Assembly (NCBI RefSeq): GCF_021869535.1
Contig: NW_026262582.1
Span: 53,010,001 to 53,074,000, forward strand
Direction: 5' to 3'
Source: Mytilus californianus
Lineage: Eukaryota
Length of the DNA stretch: 64,000 bases
This document shows, piece by piece, positions 13,093 through 25,367 of the stretch. How positions within the stretch are numbered: the first letter of the stretch is position 1; each line of letters opens with the position of its first letter. The notes under the pieces are model-generated. The model saw only the letters and a program-made list of their open reading frames with translations, made no database searches and was not told the origin of the DNA. The translations under genes were made by a program, and so were the position numbers.

Positions 13093-15070
13093 TATTTTGC
13101 GTTGAATACTTTTTTCAAACCTTCATATCATATTTTCATTCAGAGATCATAAAGGCTTGATATATGACAATACAATTGTTGTTTCATATTTATATTTAAA
13201 AAAAACACAGATATGTATTTTAAGGATTAATGTATAATGTACAAACAAATAGAATACACATAAGACAATAACTGGGTTTAACATTTTTACCATTTAGAAT
13301 AAAACATTTTTCACGAAAGACAAAACAGTATTATATAAAAAAAAAAATGAAAATTAAAGTTTACATAAATCTCATTGCACACGCAAATCACAGTAAGTTT
13401 AATTTTTATAGATGTTAATAATAACATAGATATTTTTTATGTTAGAGATATTTTAATATAAGAATTGAATGTTGCATTTTTGAAAATAATACGAAATGAA
13501 AGCAAGTAACGATCACATTTTTAACAAGAAGGATATCCGCGATTCATGCAAAGCTTTAAGGTCACTTTCTTTTATTTCGTATAAATTTTCAAAAACAGCA
13601 ATTCTATAATGAATACAAGTACATGGTAATAGTTCAGTCGTCGAGTTTATTGAAATTATGAAAATCTTTTAATGTAATGGCGATGGTTCTATATGATTTA
13701 AGTAAAAGGAAAAGTACACTATGTATATGAGAGGAAAATGCAACCTAATGAGTTTTTTTTATAAACTAAATTAATTGACATTCGACTCGTCAGGTGTTCA
13801 CAAGATTGGAGATTCGCTGAATAAATCTGTGCGTTCAATACTGAAATTCTACCTGTAATTCAAATAGCTGGAGATTTGCGCATTGAAATTGGAATCGGTG
13901 TAAAAGAAATAGAAAAAAAAACCCGCCCATGTAAAGGTAAGGTTCCACGTGTTAATCAAGAGTGAAATAAATCATGATTGCTATCAACTAGATAGTTACA
14001 CAAGCAAGAAGTCTCGAACAGGAAGCATAGGTATGTTAAAGCTATTACTGATTTTATTTAAAAAATGTCGTGTCTGACAAATATCCATGTGGTGTCGGTT
14101 CGTCTGAAATGCTATTTTAAATTTCTTTAGTAGGTGTTCAATAAAATGTCAAAATTCTCAATTAAAATATAACCAATGCATATGGTTTCAGTTTCTATTT
14201 TTTCATAGTTGTTGAACATTTATCAACACATCCAACGTTTTTGACTTTCCAATTGTAGTTTAACGCTGTATTCAGATGCTGATGACTAGCTAGACTAACT
14301 GATTAAAGGGACATAATCTTTCAAAACATTGATGAAAGCAGAATATTGAAATACTTATTCGCTATTAGCAGCTAGTTTGGTTCAGTTATGTAAAAGCTAA
14401 GCCAAAAATAAAAACATTGCAGATAGATAATTGTCTTGCGAGACAATATTTCAACATAATTTGGGTCTGTATGCATGCAACCTCTAATTTGACCCTCAGA
14501 TGGAGATAGGTTGTGCGTGTACTGACAGGGTTCATCCGACCTTGACCTCAATTACGTTGATCATTGATAATGTTAATTTCATGTAATACTTGTTGCATGA
14601 CCTTTTTTTCTAAGACTTTCATTATAAATTCAATCATGATCAGTAAAACAGGCGAGCAGTTTCAGCGTGTGCACTCTTGTCTTCTTGTATTTCTGTTCTT
14701 TTGTGTGTTCTTTTACTGTTTTACGTGTATTACTTTGTATGTACTTTTAAAGAAATTAAATACGCCAATAAAAACACAGTTTCTTTAAATACGGACATTT
14801 GACTTTTCATGAAAATGTTAGATTTTGTACGCAAAGACCTCGCGGAATGAGAGTTAAAAACTATAAAATCGATTCTTTATGTTACTTGTTTTTTTAGGTA
14901 ATACATCATGGGTTGCCCTACTTTGAGTGACAAAAACATCACTCCTATCTTTGGACAATACATGTAAATGCATAGTTCATCAGAGAGGGGATAACAGATA
15001 TGTTACAATATAAGTAAAAGAACCTTTGTATTTCGGGGTATCATGTTATAAGTTTAACAAAAATAGTTTC

Positions 15071-15260
15071 AAAATAAAAAAAATAAAATAAAAGATGTGG
15101 TATGATTGCCAATGTGACAACTATCCACCAATGAAGTGGATGTAATTTGATAAAATAAAGTTAAATTTAAAGAAATAGAAAAAATGTAAAAATAAGAACT
15201 ATTAGTAGACAGCTCTCCCACAAGCAAAAAACCCATAACTGTAGAATATAAAGGCATATA
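15071..15260 (-). mobile_element. Short 5'-truncated copy of the PLE-A 3' terminal module
   Basis: AAAAGATGTGGTATGATTGCCAATGTGACAACTATCCAC...; shares the 3' end with the other copies. Confidence 0.7.
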
Positions 15261-15751
15261 CTACAAGCATGGGGATACATTCTACAGCATCCACACAGCA
15301 TGTTGTAGAGCTTGATGTTAAAAGTATGTTGAAAGAGATGACTATATAAATATATGAAGATAAATCCAGAAAAGCGCTTCGGGCGCACAAAGGAGGTATG
15401 AACAATTTCCCCATTATTTATTTCTGAATGTCTTTCAATCTTTACATAAATTCACTTTATCATAAATTAATATAAGTTCTTTATTGAGTGTATTTTCGAA
15501 CATGTGACCAAATTTAAAATGCCTAAATGAAAATAACAGAGCTCAAACCTAGACATTTGAAGGCCAGGGATGTATGAATACGCAGAATACGTTACGAGCT
15601 ATCGGAAAAAAGTTACCTAAAATAATAATCTAATTCATCAAAGGTCGACTTTGCCTGAGGAAGTTGGAATCTTAGTTTCCTAGTAAAATCTTAATTTATC
15701 AAAAGGGGGTTTTAAGAAAAAAACATGTCATTAATCATGTCTGTACCGCAG

Positions 15752-15883
15752 CACTGACTTCTGAACTGATGACACCCTCGAGGGCTAGTAGAAGACACTG
15801 ACTACTGAACTGATGACACCCTCGTGGGCTAGTAGAAGACACTGACTACTGAACTGATAACACCCTCGGGGGCTAGTAGAAGA
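15752..15883. repeat. 44-bp tandem repeat, 3 copies
   Basis: CACTGACT(T/A)CTGAACTGAT(G/A)ACACCCTCGNGGGCTAGTAGAAGA at 15752, 15796 and 15840. It resembles the GTGATACCCTCGGGG block of the retrozyme-like repeat at ~43578. Confidence 0.9.
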
Positions 15884-16127
15884 AAATAACACTTTATAAA
15901 TCTCTAATATGCTTCTAAAAATGCTTCAAAACAGCAGTTATGAAAGAATTTGGCAACATTGCGTAACTTTTAGAAAAATTAATAAGAAGGACATTCATTG
16001 TCAACTTAAAAAAAAAAAAATTCAGTAGAAATTAATACTGTTTATTGACATTCAGATACACATTGATTGTGATTTTTTCTAACGATGTCCTGTGAAGCCA
16101 CATTTTCCAAAACATGAACAATTTTAA

Positions 16128-16540
16128 GGGCATACAATACAGTTTTAATACTACGGTGATTTTTTTACGATAATATGCATAAGAGCTATTTGTCCCATAG
16201 TTATTTCTAATATGTAATAAAAACATACCTTCACTTGCTACTTAAAGAGATAAACGGGGACGAAATTTTAATCATTTTACTAAAAATTTCATTTGTTTTT
16301 CACATTTCCATCATTTGGACAGACATACATAACTTTTTTGTTTCAAAAGATAAACACAAGCGTGGATATTTGTGAAAAACATTTATATAAAATTTTTACT
16401 TTATATACGTATGCTCTAAAATTGTGTCATAATAATTTGGAATGGAAAATTTTCATGATTTTAGAAAAAAAACGGCATTTTTGTAGTATATTTATCTACT
16501 ATTTAATTAAAAAAAAAAACATCTGTGACTTGTTCTTACA
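16128..16540. mobile_element. Truncated second copy of the TTAA/Kolobok-like MITE (opposite orientation to 1996-2617)
   Basis: TTAA(16124-27)GGGCATACAATACAGTTTTAATACTACGGTGATTTTTT matches the reverse complement of 2580-2621. Homology stops where the DIRS-derived sequence begins, and no partner TIR was found. Confidence 0.75.
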
Positions 16541-16544
16541 TGTC

Positions 16545-17044
16545 TTGACTTCTTTTTTTTCTGGACAATTGTCACTCCAATGACCTCTCTTTCCACAAGT
16601 GAAACTTCTACCAAGCTTGTAGGTTGAGTTCTTGTCATCAGAGCTCCTATCTTTGTTATATGGAACTGGTCTTGTGCGCTTTTTTGCCTTTTCCGCTTAA
16701 TACTTTCTTTCAGCTCTAGATTGGGCTCTATTCATACGTTTCTCGTCCTCAGAATCATCTGCTATAGGATTAGTAATGTATTCTTGCACTACACGCCATC
16801 CTAACTCGGAAGAATCCGCTAACTTAATTAACTTTTTCCGCTTGAACTAAGTCTATACCTTCTGATATCTTGTCCTTTGCCGCGGCTACTTTGGAAATGG
16901 TGACATCATGAGTATCAAGCAAGGAACGGGCCTCAGTTAACTTGGACATTACTTTCACACTGTGCCGAAACTGATTTTCATACCCTTTTCTTTGAAACTT
17001 ATAATTGTCTGATACACTTTCCTCTATTTTGGTGATCTCTGCGT
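16545..17044 (-). repeat. Direct duplicate of the DIRS gag 3' half (copy of 19694-20194)
   Basis: About 500 bp that are near-identical (one 2-bp deletion, a few substitutions) and share the same premature TAA and the same Cys-to-Ser knuckle change. Confidence 0.95.
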
Positions 17045-17552
17045 CGAAACGGAGAAATCCTGCAAAACTTAACACTATCATAGCTAAATCTCTTACAATT
17101 TATAAATCATTAGAATCTTTGAATTTTGTACATAGTTCAATAATCATGTCGATATTAACAGGTTCTTTCTTGTTGACAGGTTTTCTGTTTAACCTTTTGG
17201 CCGATTCTTGTAGAGATTTAACGAAAGAATTATCAGTAGGGTCAGCAAAACCATTCAGCTCATGTACCCATTTTAAAGAATAAATAGCACCATTAATAAC
17301 ATTTGGCGAACAGTTTTTGTCTATCAAATTAGTTATGTACAATGCGACGTGAATAGGATCAGCCGGTAAATTATTAAAACCATGTTCTTTGATAAATGTA
17401 CTCCATCTGATGAAACTACGTCTTGTTCGTATTGTTACTTCTTGAGTCGAGGAGAAATGAAGACATATTTCCGGTTAAATCATAAAGAATATGGTCATTA
17501 GAAACTCCACTTGCCTCCACAGCTGCTCCGACATTCTGCCTCAATCTTATTC
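17045..17552 (-). pseudogene. DIRS tyrosine recombinase N-terminal half (core-binding domain up to the catalytic Arg motif)
   Basis: LLDSRSNNT..., AIYSLKWVHELNGFADPTDNSFVKSLQESAKR...KKEPVN and IVLSFAGFLRFD (the GFLR box-I motif). The catalytic C-terminal half is absent. Confidence 0.85.
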
Positions 17553-17649
17553 CTGCAAAATAGAATTACTAAATCAAAACACTAGCCTCAAAGCTATAAT
17601 TCTGAATTTTAGCATTCCTGTCTTGACAACACCATTTTTCCCTGCCCCT

Positions 17650-19500
17650 TGACAATACAATTATTCTGAGGTAAATAATAAATATTTCTCACGAAATCAA
17701 AAAAATCACCATTTCTATGTAAAATAGGCCAATAAGGGGCAGAAGTCTACTCAGGAACGATCAGTGTTCCTTTTGCTTTGTCTTGTTTTAATTTATTCAG
17801 AGTTTTAGTAATTAAGATAGGTGGCGGTGCAAGCCAGTTTACATCATTCCCCCAAAAATGAGTGAAAGCGTCTACAGCTTCTGTCCCTGGACACCTTACT
17901 TTTGAATTAAATCTCTCACATTGAGAGTTATAGTGTGTTGCAAATCTGTCTTCGTACATTTGTCCCATAAATTGCACAAATAATGATAAATCGACGATTC
18001 TATGCTCAAATCGTCATGATCCATGACTCTGCTCAAATAATCTGCATCATTATTTTCAGCTCTTGGTATCCAATTAGGTGTTAAGTTAATCTTTTGTACT
18101 TTGCCAAAATCAAGAATAGAAGTAGAAATTGATTGTAATTTCAATTTCGTGCTACCTACTTTTAAAATATGCTCAATATTCTTGTTATCTGAATTAATTC
18201 TAATTTGTTTGTTTTCAGTGACATTTTTAAATGTGTTTAATACCCTTCTTACACATTCTAACTCTCTCCATGTAGAACTTTCACCAATTTCGGATTCGGT
18301 CCAATTACCAAATGTTTCAAAATTCTCAAAATGAGACTCAGCAAATGGTGTAATATAACCACCAAAGCCCACATTTGAGGCGTAACAAAAAAATTCACAG
18401 TCAAACAAAGTATTGACTGTTACCGTGCTTATCTTAGCACCTACTGTATTTATAGTTCTACAGTGAAGATTCCAATCCATCAATTTGCTTAAAGCTTCAT
18501 GCGTTATTTTCACACAAGCTTGCCAACTGGCTTTTGACATAACACAATCATAAAGAAATCTATTATTTCTACGTACATCATTGCCAAAAACGGCGTGCAT
18601 GGAAATAAGCTGACCAATAATACTGGCTATAAATCTAGCTCTAAATAAATTTTTCCATTTGTCACTTGAAACAAAACAAAATTCAAATATTTTTCAAGTT
18701 TCTCTATCCTTTCTTCCTTGACAAATATGTTACCATTTTTGGTATCCCATGTGAAACCGAGCCAATCTAATTTTTGACAAGGAAACCAGTGCGATTTTTC
18801 ATGTGCTATTAAAAATCCCAAATCTTCCAATTGAAGTTTAACTTGTTTACTACACTGTAAAGCAATGGCAAAATCTTTTTCGCCCGCCAAACCGTCGTCT
18901 AAAAACATAATAATTCTCTTGCCTTGAGATCTAAAATCTTTAACAACTTCTCGCAAAACTTTTGAAAAGATATATCCTGCAGTTGAAATTCCAAAAGGCA
19001 GAACAGCAAACACAAAATATTTTTATGTACCATCGAAAAGCCATGAAAACCCTAAATACTGTTGAGGCTCTTTAAATATTTCGATATGATGATATGCTGA
19101 TTTTAAATCATAACTAAAAATAAAATAATTTTCATTGAACAATTCTCTAGCCACTTTACAATCTTCGTATTTAAACTTGTATTTAAATAAGTGTGGGTTT
19201 ACATGACGGCAGTCAAGGACGAGTCTAGGTTTACTCGATTTGTTGAAAGCTACTGTAAGAGGGTTAACGACTAACGGTATAGTTCTAACTTCTTTAATAC
19301 AGCCTTTTTTCAACAGGTTTAAAATTTCTGATGAAACAAAATCTTGTTGTCTAATGAAGATTTGTTATTTCTAATATGTAAACGGTCAGGTTCTGTTTTA
19401 AACGGTATTTTGTAACCGTTCTCGATTACGTCAAGAATGTATTGATTATCAGTTACCAATTTCCATTTATCTAACCTGATCTTTAATCTACCTACAGGTG
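17650..19500 (-). pseudogene. DIRS pol: reverse transcriptase, RNase H and Dam-like methyltransferase domains (frameshifted)
   Basis: VNPLTVAFNKSSKPRLVLDCRHVN, YDLKSAYHHI, FAVLPFGIS, MFLDDGL, LDWLGFTWDT; RH: YASNVGFGG...SSTWRELE...INSDNKN...WIPRAENNDADYLSR; MT: DRFAT...AVDAFTHFW...WLAPP...GTLIVPE. Confidence 0.92.
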
Positions 19501-19689
19501 TCCCAGGTAAATATAAAACAGTTTCAGGTGAGAACTGTTCAGTCGTTACATTCTTGTTTTGTGATTCGGTTTTGCTCGTTACTGAGACAGAAGGTAAAAT
19601 AGTACTATATGTATGTTCAAAACGAATATTTTTTTTATCTTTATTTCAGATGATAACAAATCTTTGAAGGTAATAAATTGAATGTACTT

Positions 19690-20360
19690 ATCTTTGACTT
19701 CTTTTTTTCTGGACAATTGTCACTCCAATGACCTCTCTTTCCACAAGTGAAACTTCTACCAAGCTTGTAGGTTGAGTTCTTGTCATCAGAGCTCCTATCT
19801 TTGTTATATGGAACTGGTCTTGTGCGCTTTTTTGCCTTTTCCGCTTAATACTTTCTTTCAGCTCTAGATTGGGCTCTATTCATACGTTTCTCGTCCTCAG
19901 AATCATCTGCTATAGGATTAGTAATGTATTCTTGCACTACACGCCATCCTAACTCGGAAGAATCCGCTAACTTAATTAACTTTTTCCGCTCTTGAACTAA
20001 GTCTATACCTTCTGATATCTTGTCCTTTGCCGCGGCTACTTTGGAAATGGTGACATCATGAGTATCAAGCAAGGAACGGGCCTCAGTTAACTTGGACATT
20101 ACTTTTAGACTGTGCCGAAACTGATTTTCATACCCTTTTCTTTGAAACTTATAATTGTCTGATACACTTTCCTCTATTTTGGTGATCTGTGCGTTGGAAA
20201 TATCAAACTGAAATTGTTGAATGTTGGATTGTAAACGATTTAATTTGGATTCCATCATTGCGATCATATTGTTCAACATGTCCTGCTGAGAACTAGCGAT
20301 GACACTTTTTACCTCGTTTGCAATGGCTTCTCGAATCGGAGAATCTAACCCGGTGTCCAT
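19690..20360 (-). pseudogene. DIRS gag-like ORF with C-terminal CCHC knuckle
   Basis: ORF 19845-20360 ([38 protein letters not shown]). The frame continues past a TAA into SFTCGKRGHWSDNCP, a knuckle whose first Cys is lost. Confidence 0.85.
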
Positions 20361-21769
20361 CTTGACACTACGACTGTTGGGTAGAAAGTGAAGGCTTTCA
20401 ACATATTTTCCCGCACATGAAAATTTTCACGTGACTAACTTAGAAAATTCATACGCATCGTTAATACAAATGTTTCCCGCTATTCTTTGAAACGCGAGAA
20501 AATGTAATTGTATCAGCACTCACCCTTACCATTTTAATCTCGATTAGTTAAATAACAACAGGTACAAAGATGAACGAACGATAAAACGTTCCCTGAAGGA
20601 AAGAGAAACATTCATTATTACTTATTACTTAATACAGAACCCCTAACCAGAATGATTTAATCTATATTGGTAAGACATCACATAGATATAGTTTCGATAC
20701 ACGTTGGTTCTAGGAAGTTTTAATTATACGACTTATGCTAACAGTTTGCTTTAAATCTATCAAAAGTACACATTTGACATAGCAGCACTGAGAATATTGA
20801 TAAAAGTTGAAAGATTGTTTTGACCATAGCCCTGTTATTCAAACAAATACGAAAAGCGTTGAACGACAATACGTCTAAACCCTTTTGGTCAATTTATAAA
20901 GACATATGCAGAACATAAGTAACTTATGACGATTCTTGCAAATGCCAGAAGAAAAGTTTTCTACTGCATTATGAAATAAGTAGTTGTTGCGTGTAACCGG
21001 AAATTAAATAAATAAGTGCGTATACACTGTTGTATAAATAAGAATTTACGAATAAACTCGAAGTTAAACCCAAGACTAATGGTTCAAATTAACTTTTAGT
21101 ATCTAGGAAATAATACAGAACCAACAGAAACAGATTTGATATTGAATACAGATTAATATTACTAAAGAAAGTACAAGGCGCATAGGAAAACATCAAAGAA
21201 ACACAATCTAATATGCAATTGTAAATTCCAGTCAATGTTCACAGCCTTTGCAGTTCTATTAATTGTCAGTTGTATAAAATTTCACAACCTGTTACTGTGC
21301 ATATATAGATGCCATGTTCGTGATGATACCAGCAAAGTTACTTGTTTGTATAGTTAGATCGCAACCTAAATCTTCATATACAAATATCACCAAGCACTTT
21401 TTTTATTTTAAATATTTCAAACAGTGTCTATATAGAATAAGGTCGTAAAATCTCGTTTGTTTCCTTGGGAGGAAACCGCCAAATTATATAACTATAAACT
21501 AATTTGTGAACGAGATAAGTTTAAGTGAACTATACTCTGTGGTAATTCCAGAATCAGAAAATAAATTTTAAATGTGATTGATTTCCTTTTTCTACATTAA
21601 TTTCGTGCTTTTGTCGTCACAAGAGGAAAGGTTTGACGTCAAGATTTAAAAAAAGGGATTTTCCTTTGTCATCAATTACATTAAGGAGCAAAACAAAATA
21701 CGACCGGAATAAATAGAAAAATATGAAATTCGTACTCGTGTATTGAATGACAAGTTTGAACATAATATT

Positions 21770-21949
21770 TATGGATATCTTAACAAGGCCTTGTACATCA
21801 GCAGGATCGGCCTTATATGGCTATCTTAACAAGGCTTTGTACATCATCAGGATCGGCCTTATATGGCTATCTTAACAAAGCTTTGTACATGAGAAGGATC
21901 GGCCTTATATGGCTATCTTAACAAGGCTTTGTACATCACCAGGATCGGC
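21770..21949. repeat. 46-bp tandem repeat, 4 copies
   Basis: TATGGCTATCTTAACAAGGCTTTGTACATCATCAGGATCGGCCTTA at 21770, 21816, 21862 and 21908. Unrelated to the 46-mer at 519. Confidence 0.95.
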
Positions 21950-22461
21950 GTCCAGATCTTTCTTGCAATTATCAAGAATCTTTGCGTTTTTGACATGATT
22001 CAGTTTAATACAACATCGTTCATTGAGTAGAAATTTGATCATATTAATCCAATAGTCTTTGTCTTTCTGTAGATTAATTTTGAAGTGATCATACGTTTTA
22101 CCTTTAACATAATTAAACACCCACTTCCAAAAGCTATGATCGTATCCAAGAATCGAACATTTTCTTTAATAATCGTCGTTTTTAATTGGGTGTATTTTAT
22201 TCCCTTATATATAGCACGATTTCTAACATGTAACAAGGGAAAAGTTAACCAATTAAACTAGTTTTAGAATTTGGGTCACTACAAGAGTACTGTCTCATTT
22301 AATCACATTCTTTACATAAGGAAATGCATGTACCAAATCACCAATATGACAGTTGTTTTCCGTTCGTTTGATGTGTTTGAGCTTTTGATTTTGACATTTG
22401 ATAAGGGACTTTCCGTTTTGAATTTTCCTTGGAGTTCGATATTTTTTGGTTTTTTACTTTC

Positions 22462-22777
22462 TACATGTTTCTTTATTCTTATTCACTATGTACATGATGT
22501 ACAACTATTTATTGTTTTTTTTTACCTTCAGTTTTTTCATCTTGTGTGTTACTTATTTCATTCGGTATAGTTTCTTTTTATTCTCTATGAATAACCAGAT
22601 CAACAATTATTATTGTTTTTTTTCATTTTTTACATGTTTCTTTATTCTTATTCACTATGTACAATTATTTCTTGGTTTTTTTTTTACCTTCAGTTTTTTT
22701 TCATCTTTTGTGTTACTTATTTCATGCTGTATAGTTTCTTTTTATTTTCTATGAATTACCAAATCAACAATTATTAT
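22462..22777. repeat. ~169-bp T-rich tandem duplication
   Basis: TACATGTTTCTTTATTCTTATTCACTATGTACA...ATCAACAATTATTAT at ~22462 and ~22631. Confidence 0.85.
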
Positions 22778-22879
22778 CAAAACAAAACAAATTATTTACA
22801 ATTGTACTTGTATACAAACAATGTACCCAGCCTATTTTATCTTCCTTTAGAATCAAACCTAGAATAAAGAATTCGATCT

Positions 22880-23245
22880 TGCTGGATACCCAAATTACAT
22901 AAGTGTCCTCATCAATAACGTAAATCGTTGTTGTATCTTCCGAATTTTTCGAGACGAAACCTGTTTCCGAATTACTAACATATATTATAAAGGCTAATAA
23001 AGTCACTGTGAAACTGTTGGAATCAGAAGTTGATTCGAAAACATCTAGTATGTATGTTCGAGTAGATACATGTACAAAAAAGTAATAAAATTAGAACAGT
23101 TCACTTATCCATCTTATAAACACGTTATCCTCAATCGAAACTTAATTTGGTAGACTGTAAGAATTTATAAACTTTATTTCATAAAATAACAATGGCCAAC
23201 GTAGATGGAAATATCTTGTTTTCGGAAAAGGACCCATTATTTGTT
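22880..23245 (+). pseudogene. Highly decayed Penelope-like RT fragment (PLE-B type)
   Basis: Frameshifted plus-strand translation gives WIPKLHKCP, KPVSELLTYIIKA and FIK-NNGQRRWKYLVFG, matching the N-terminal RT motifs (Y)WIPKLHK(C)P of PLEs. Confidence 0.7.
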
Positions 23246-23249
23246 TTCA

Positions 23250-23640
23250 AAAAGAAGATGTGGTATGAGTGTCAATGAGACAACTCTCCATCCAAGTCAA
23301 AGTTTATAAAAGTAAACTATTATAGGTCAAAGTACGGTCTTCAACACGGAGTCTTGGCTCACACCGAACAGCAAGCTATAAAGGGCCCCAAAAATTACTG
23401 GTGTAAAGCCATTCAAACGGGAAAACCAACGGTCTAATCTATATAAAAAACGAGAAACACTTATGAACCACATCAACAAACGACAACTACTGAACATCAG
23501 ATTCCTGACTTCCGGACAGGTGCAAACAATTGCAGCGGGTTTAAACGTTCACCCTTATCTGAAACAATAGTGTAACATCATAACATAGAAAGACACACAA
23601 TAAAATATCAATTGAAATGGCTTAACTCAATCAAAAGACA
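23250..23640 (-). mobile_element. Second subfamily sharing the PLE-A-type 3' terminus
   Basis: AAGAAGATGTGGTATGAGTGTCAATGAGACAACTCTCCATCCAAGTC...; near-identical to 58531-58740. The terminal ~40 bp match the PLE-A end, while the interior diverges. Confidence 0.8.
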
Positions 23641-24469
23641 TATTAACACCAGTGAACATACACTGAACTCTATTGTGAACAAAACGATGGTTGAAAATAA
23701 CAAAATCAAAATGTTTGCGGCGTTTGTGAACTATTAATTCGGAATATACATTTTCTATAAATTCTCCTTTACTTGAATTACATATTGTTTATCATATCCC
23801 CACACTCACACCAACTGTCAAGGGCTGCTTAGAAGTAATCTGTATATTGACACTCCTGGTTCTACACTCGCTCCTTATGAATAATTACTGAAAACGAGTA
23901 TAAATATTTGTCTTATGTTTACCAACACTGCGGAAAAAATGTTTTACCGTTCCTACTAATATTGGATTGTCGACATATAAACTCCCTTGTGAAATCATTA
24001 TACCCAAAACATTTGAACTTGTAATCAAAATGACATGCTGTTTTGTCACTTTCAACATAGATATCATTAAAAGAAATCCCGGGGAACCTGTTCTACTTGA
24101 ATTGAAAATGGAGATCATTGTCACCGTTACAACTACAAAGCTTATTTTTAGTAAATTTTTTCCATAATGAAATTGCTACCTTACAATCTCAAAAATAATA
24201 CTGATACATTTAATGGGTTGTTTAATTTTGACTCCTACAAAATTGTTGTAATAAAATTGGTAAGGTTTGTAAAATTGTATTAACTAACATGTCCATTTCG
24301 ATTTGGCTGTCTTTCTTAAAACAAGTAACTTCTTGTATATAATTATGTTAATGAATAGGTAGACCTTTATGGACTATCTGTGTCACTGATGATCACAGCT
24401 ATGTTTCAATTGTTTTAGCCATTCTCTCTTTCGCTTTTCCTCGAATTTTACATCACCCAATAAGACGTT

Positions 24470-24800
24470 TCACCGAACGTGACATCACCCAATAAGACTT
24501 AACACCGAATTGCCATCACCCAATAAGACTTAACACCGAATTTGTTCTTACCATGAGTATCAGGACGGGTGGCATGTGCGGAGAACAAAATGCTTACCCT
24601 TCCGGAGCACCAGATATTAACCGTGGTTTTTAGTGGGGTTCCTGTTGCTCAGTCTTTATATTCATGAAACACTCATCATAGTTATGAAGTGTTTTGTAGA
24701 CTACTGTTTTTCTTTTGTCGTTTTTCGTTTTTACTATGATTTCGGTCTCTCTCTAACCAAAGAGTTTTAAATATTTCCCTTTAGAATCTTCCGCCACTAC
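24470..24800 (+). mobile_element. 5'-truncated 3' end of PLE-B with a ~31-bp internal triplication
   Basis: TGCTTACCCTTCCGGAGCACC...GTGGGGTTC(C)TGTTGCTCAGTC as in 58420-58490. CATCACCCAATAAGAC...CACCGAA is repeated at ~24450-24540. Confidence 0.7.
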
Positions 24801-24866
24801 TAGTATTTTAATCAATGTTTATAAAGTTAACTTATACATTCTTGGTTTTCAAGTATTCGGCTTTGA

Positions 24867-24910
24867 GCGTTTCTGATGAAGGTTTAATCCAGAAAAAGTG
24901 CTTCGGACGC
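24867..24910 (+). ncRNA. Minimal type I hammerhead ribozyme-like motif with intact catalytic core
   Basis: Stem I GCGUUU(24867-72)/GGACGC(24905-10); CUGAUGA 24873-79; short stem II AGG-UUUAAU-CCA; GAAA 24892-95; short stem III; UUC cleavage triplet at 24902-04. Confidence 0.6.
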
Positions 24911-25367
24911 ATGTAATTTTTAACGTGTTGTTTTCCTTTTTTTAACTGTATTACTTGGTTGTATTTTAACCGTATCAATTTAATTATTCCTATACCGTCT
25001 TTGAAAAAAATAAAACTTGAAACACAAATCGATACATATTGATTTTTCCGTTTCAAAAAAATGTAAGAGTACTAATTTGTTTTTATCATTATCATAATAA
25101 TTGTTATTTATATTGTTTCTTTTCATGAAAAAAAAACAGCCTTCATGATAAAAACATTATTTATTGAAAAGAAAAATACAAAACAAAATATCGATAATAT
25201 TAATTCTACCAATGATAACTTCAAAATAATAAGCTATGATATTTTTTCAATACGTCATTATCGACAAGCCCGAAATATCACTTTGATATGCTGTTCAGTA
25301 TGTACGTAAAGATCTCAAATTTGTTCATAGTAGTTTACAGTTTTGTGGGTGTTATTTCTAAAATTAA

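Larger units (their letters stand above)
16545..20400 (-). mobile_element. Decayed DIRS/PAT-type tyrosine-recombinase retrotransposon (gag, RT, RNase H, methyltransferase-like domain, truncated YR)
   Basis: The domain order gag - RT - RH - MT - YR on the minus strand is diagnostic of the DIRS order. There are multiple stops and frameshifts, and the termini were not identified. Confidence 0.92.

Noticed and set aside
13920-14036. Alternative 5' exon (GC box, E-box, donors at 13937 and 14031)
   Set aside because: There is no clear TATA/Inr, and such donor hexamers are expected by chance in 64 kb. It is kept only as an alternative to 6224-6312.
17650-18030. DNA adenine methyltransferase as a restriction-modification or bacterial gene
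   Set aside because: It is the MT domain normally fused after RT-RH in DIRS-type pol, and it is frameshifted here.
22764-23006. 80-aa minus-strand ORF
   Set aside because: It is the antisense shadow of the decayed PLE RT fragment on the plus strand.
23700-24167. ORFs 23885-24124 (LYVDN motif) and 23967-24167 as an RT or host exon
   Set aside because: No other RT motifs occur at the expected spacing. At most it is a very old LINE relic that I cannot support.
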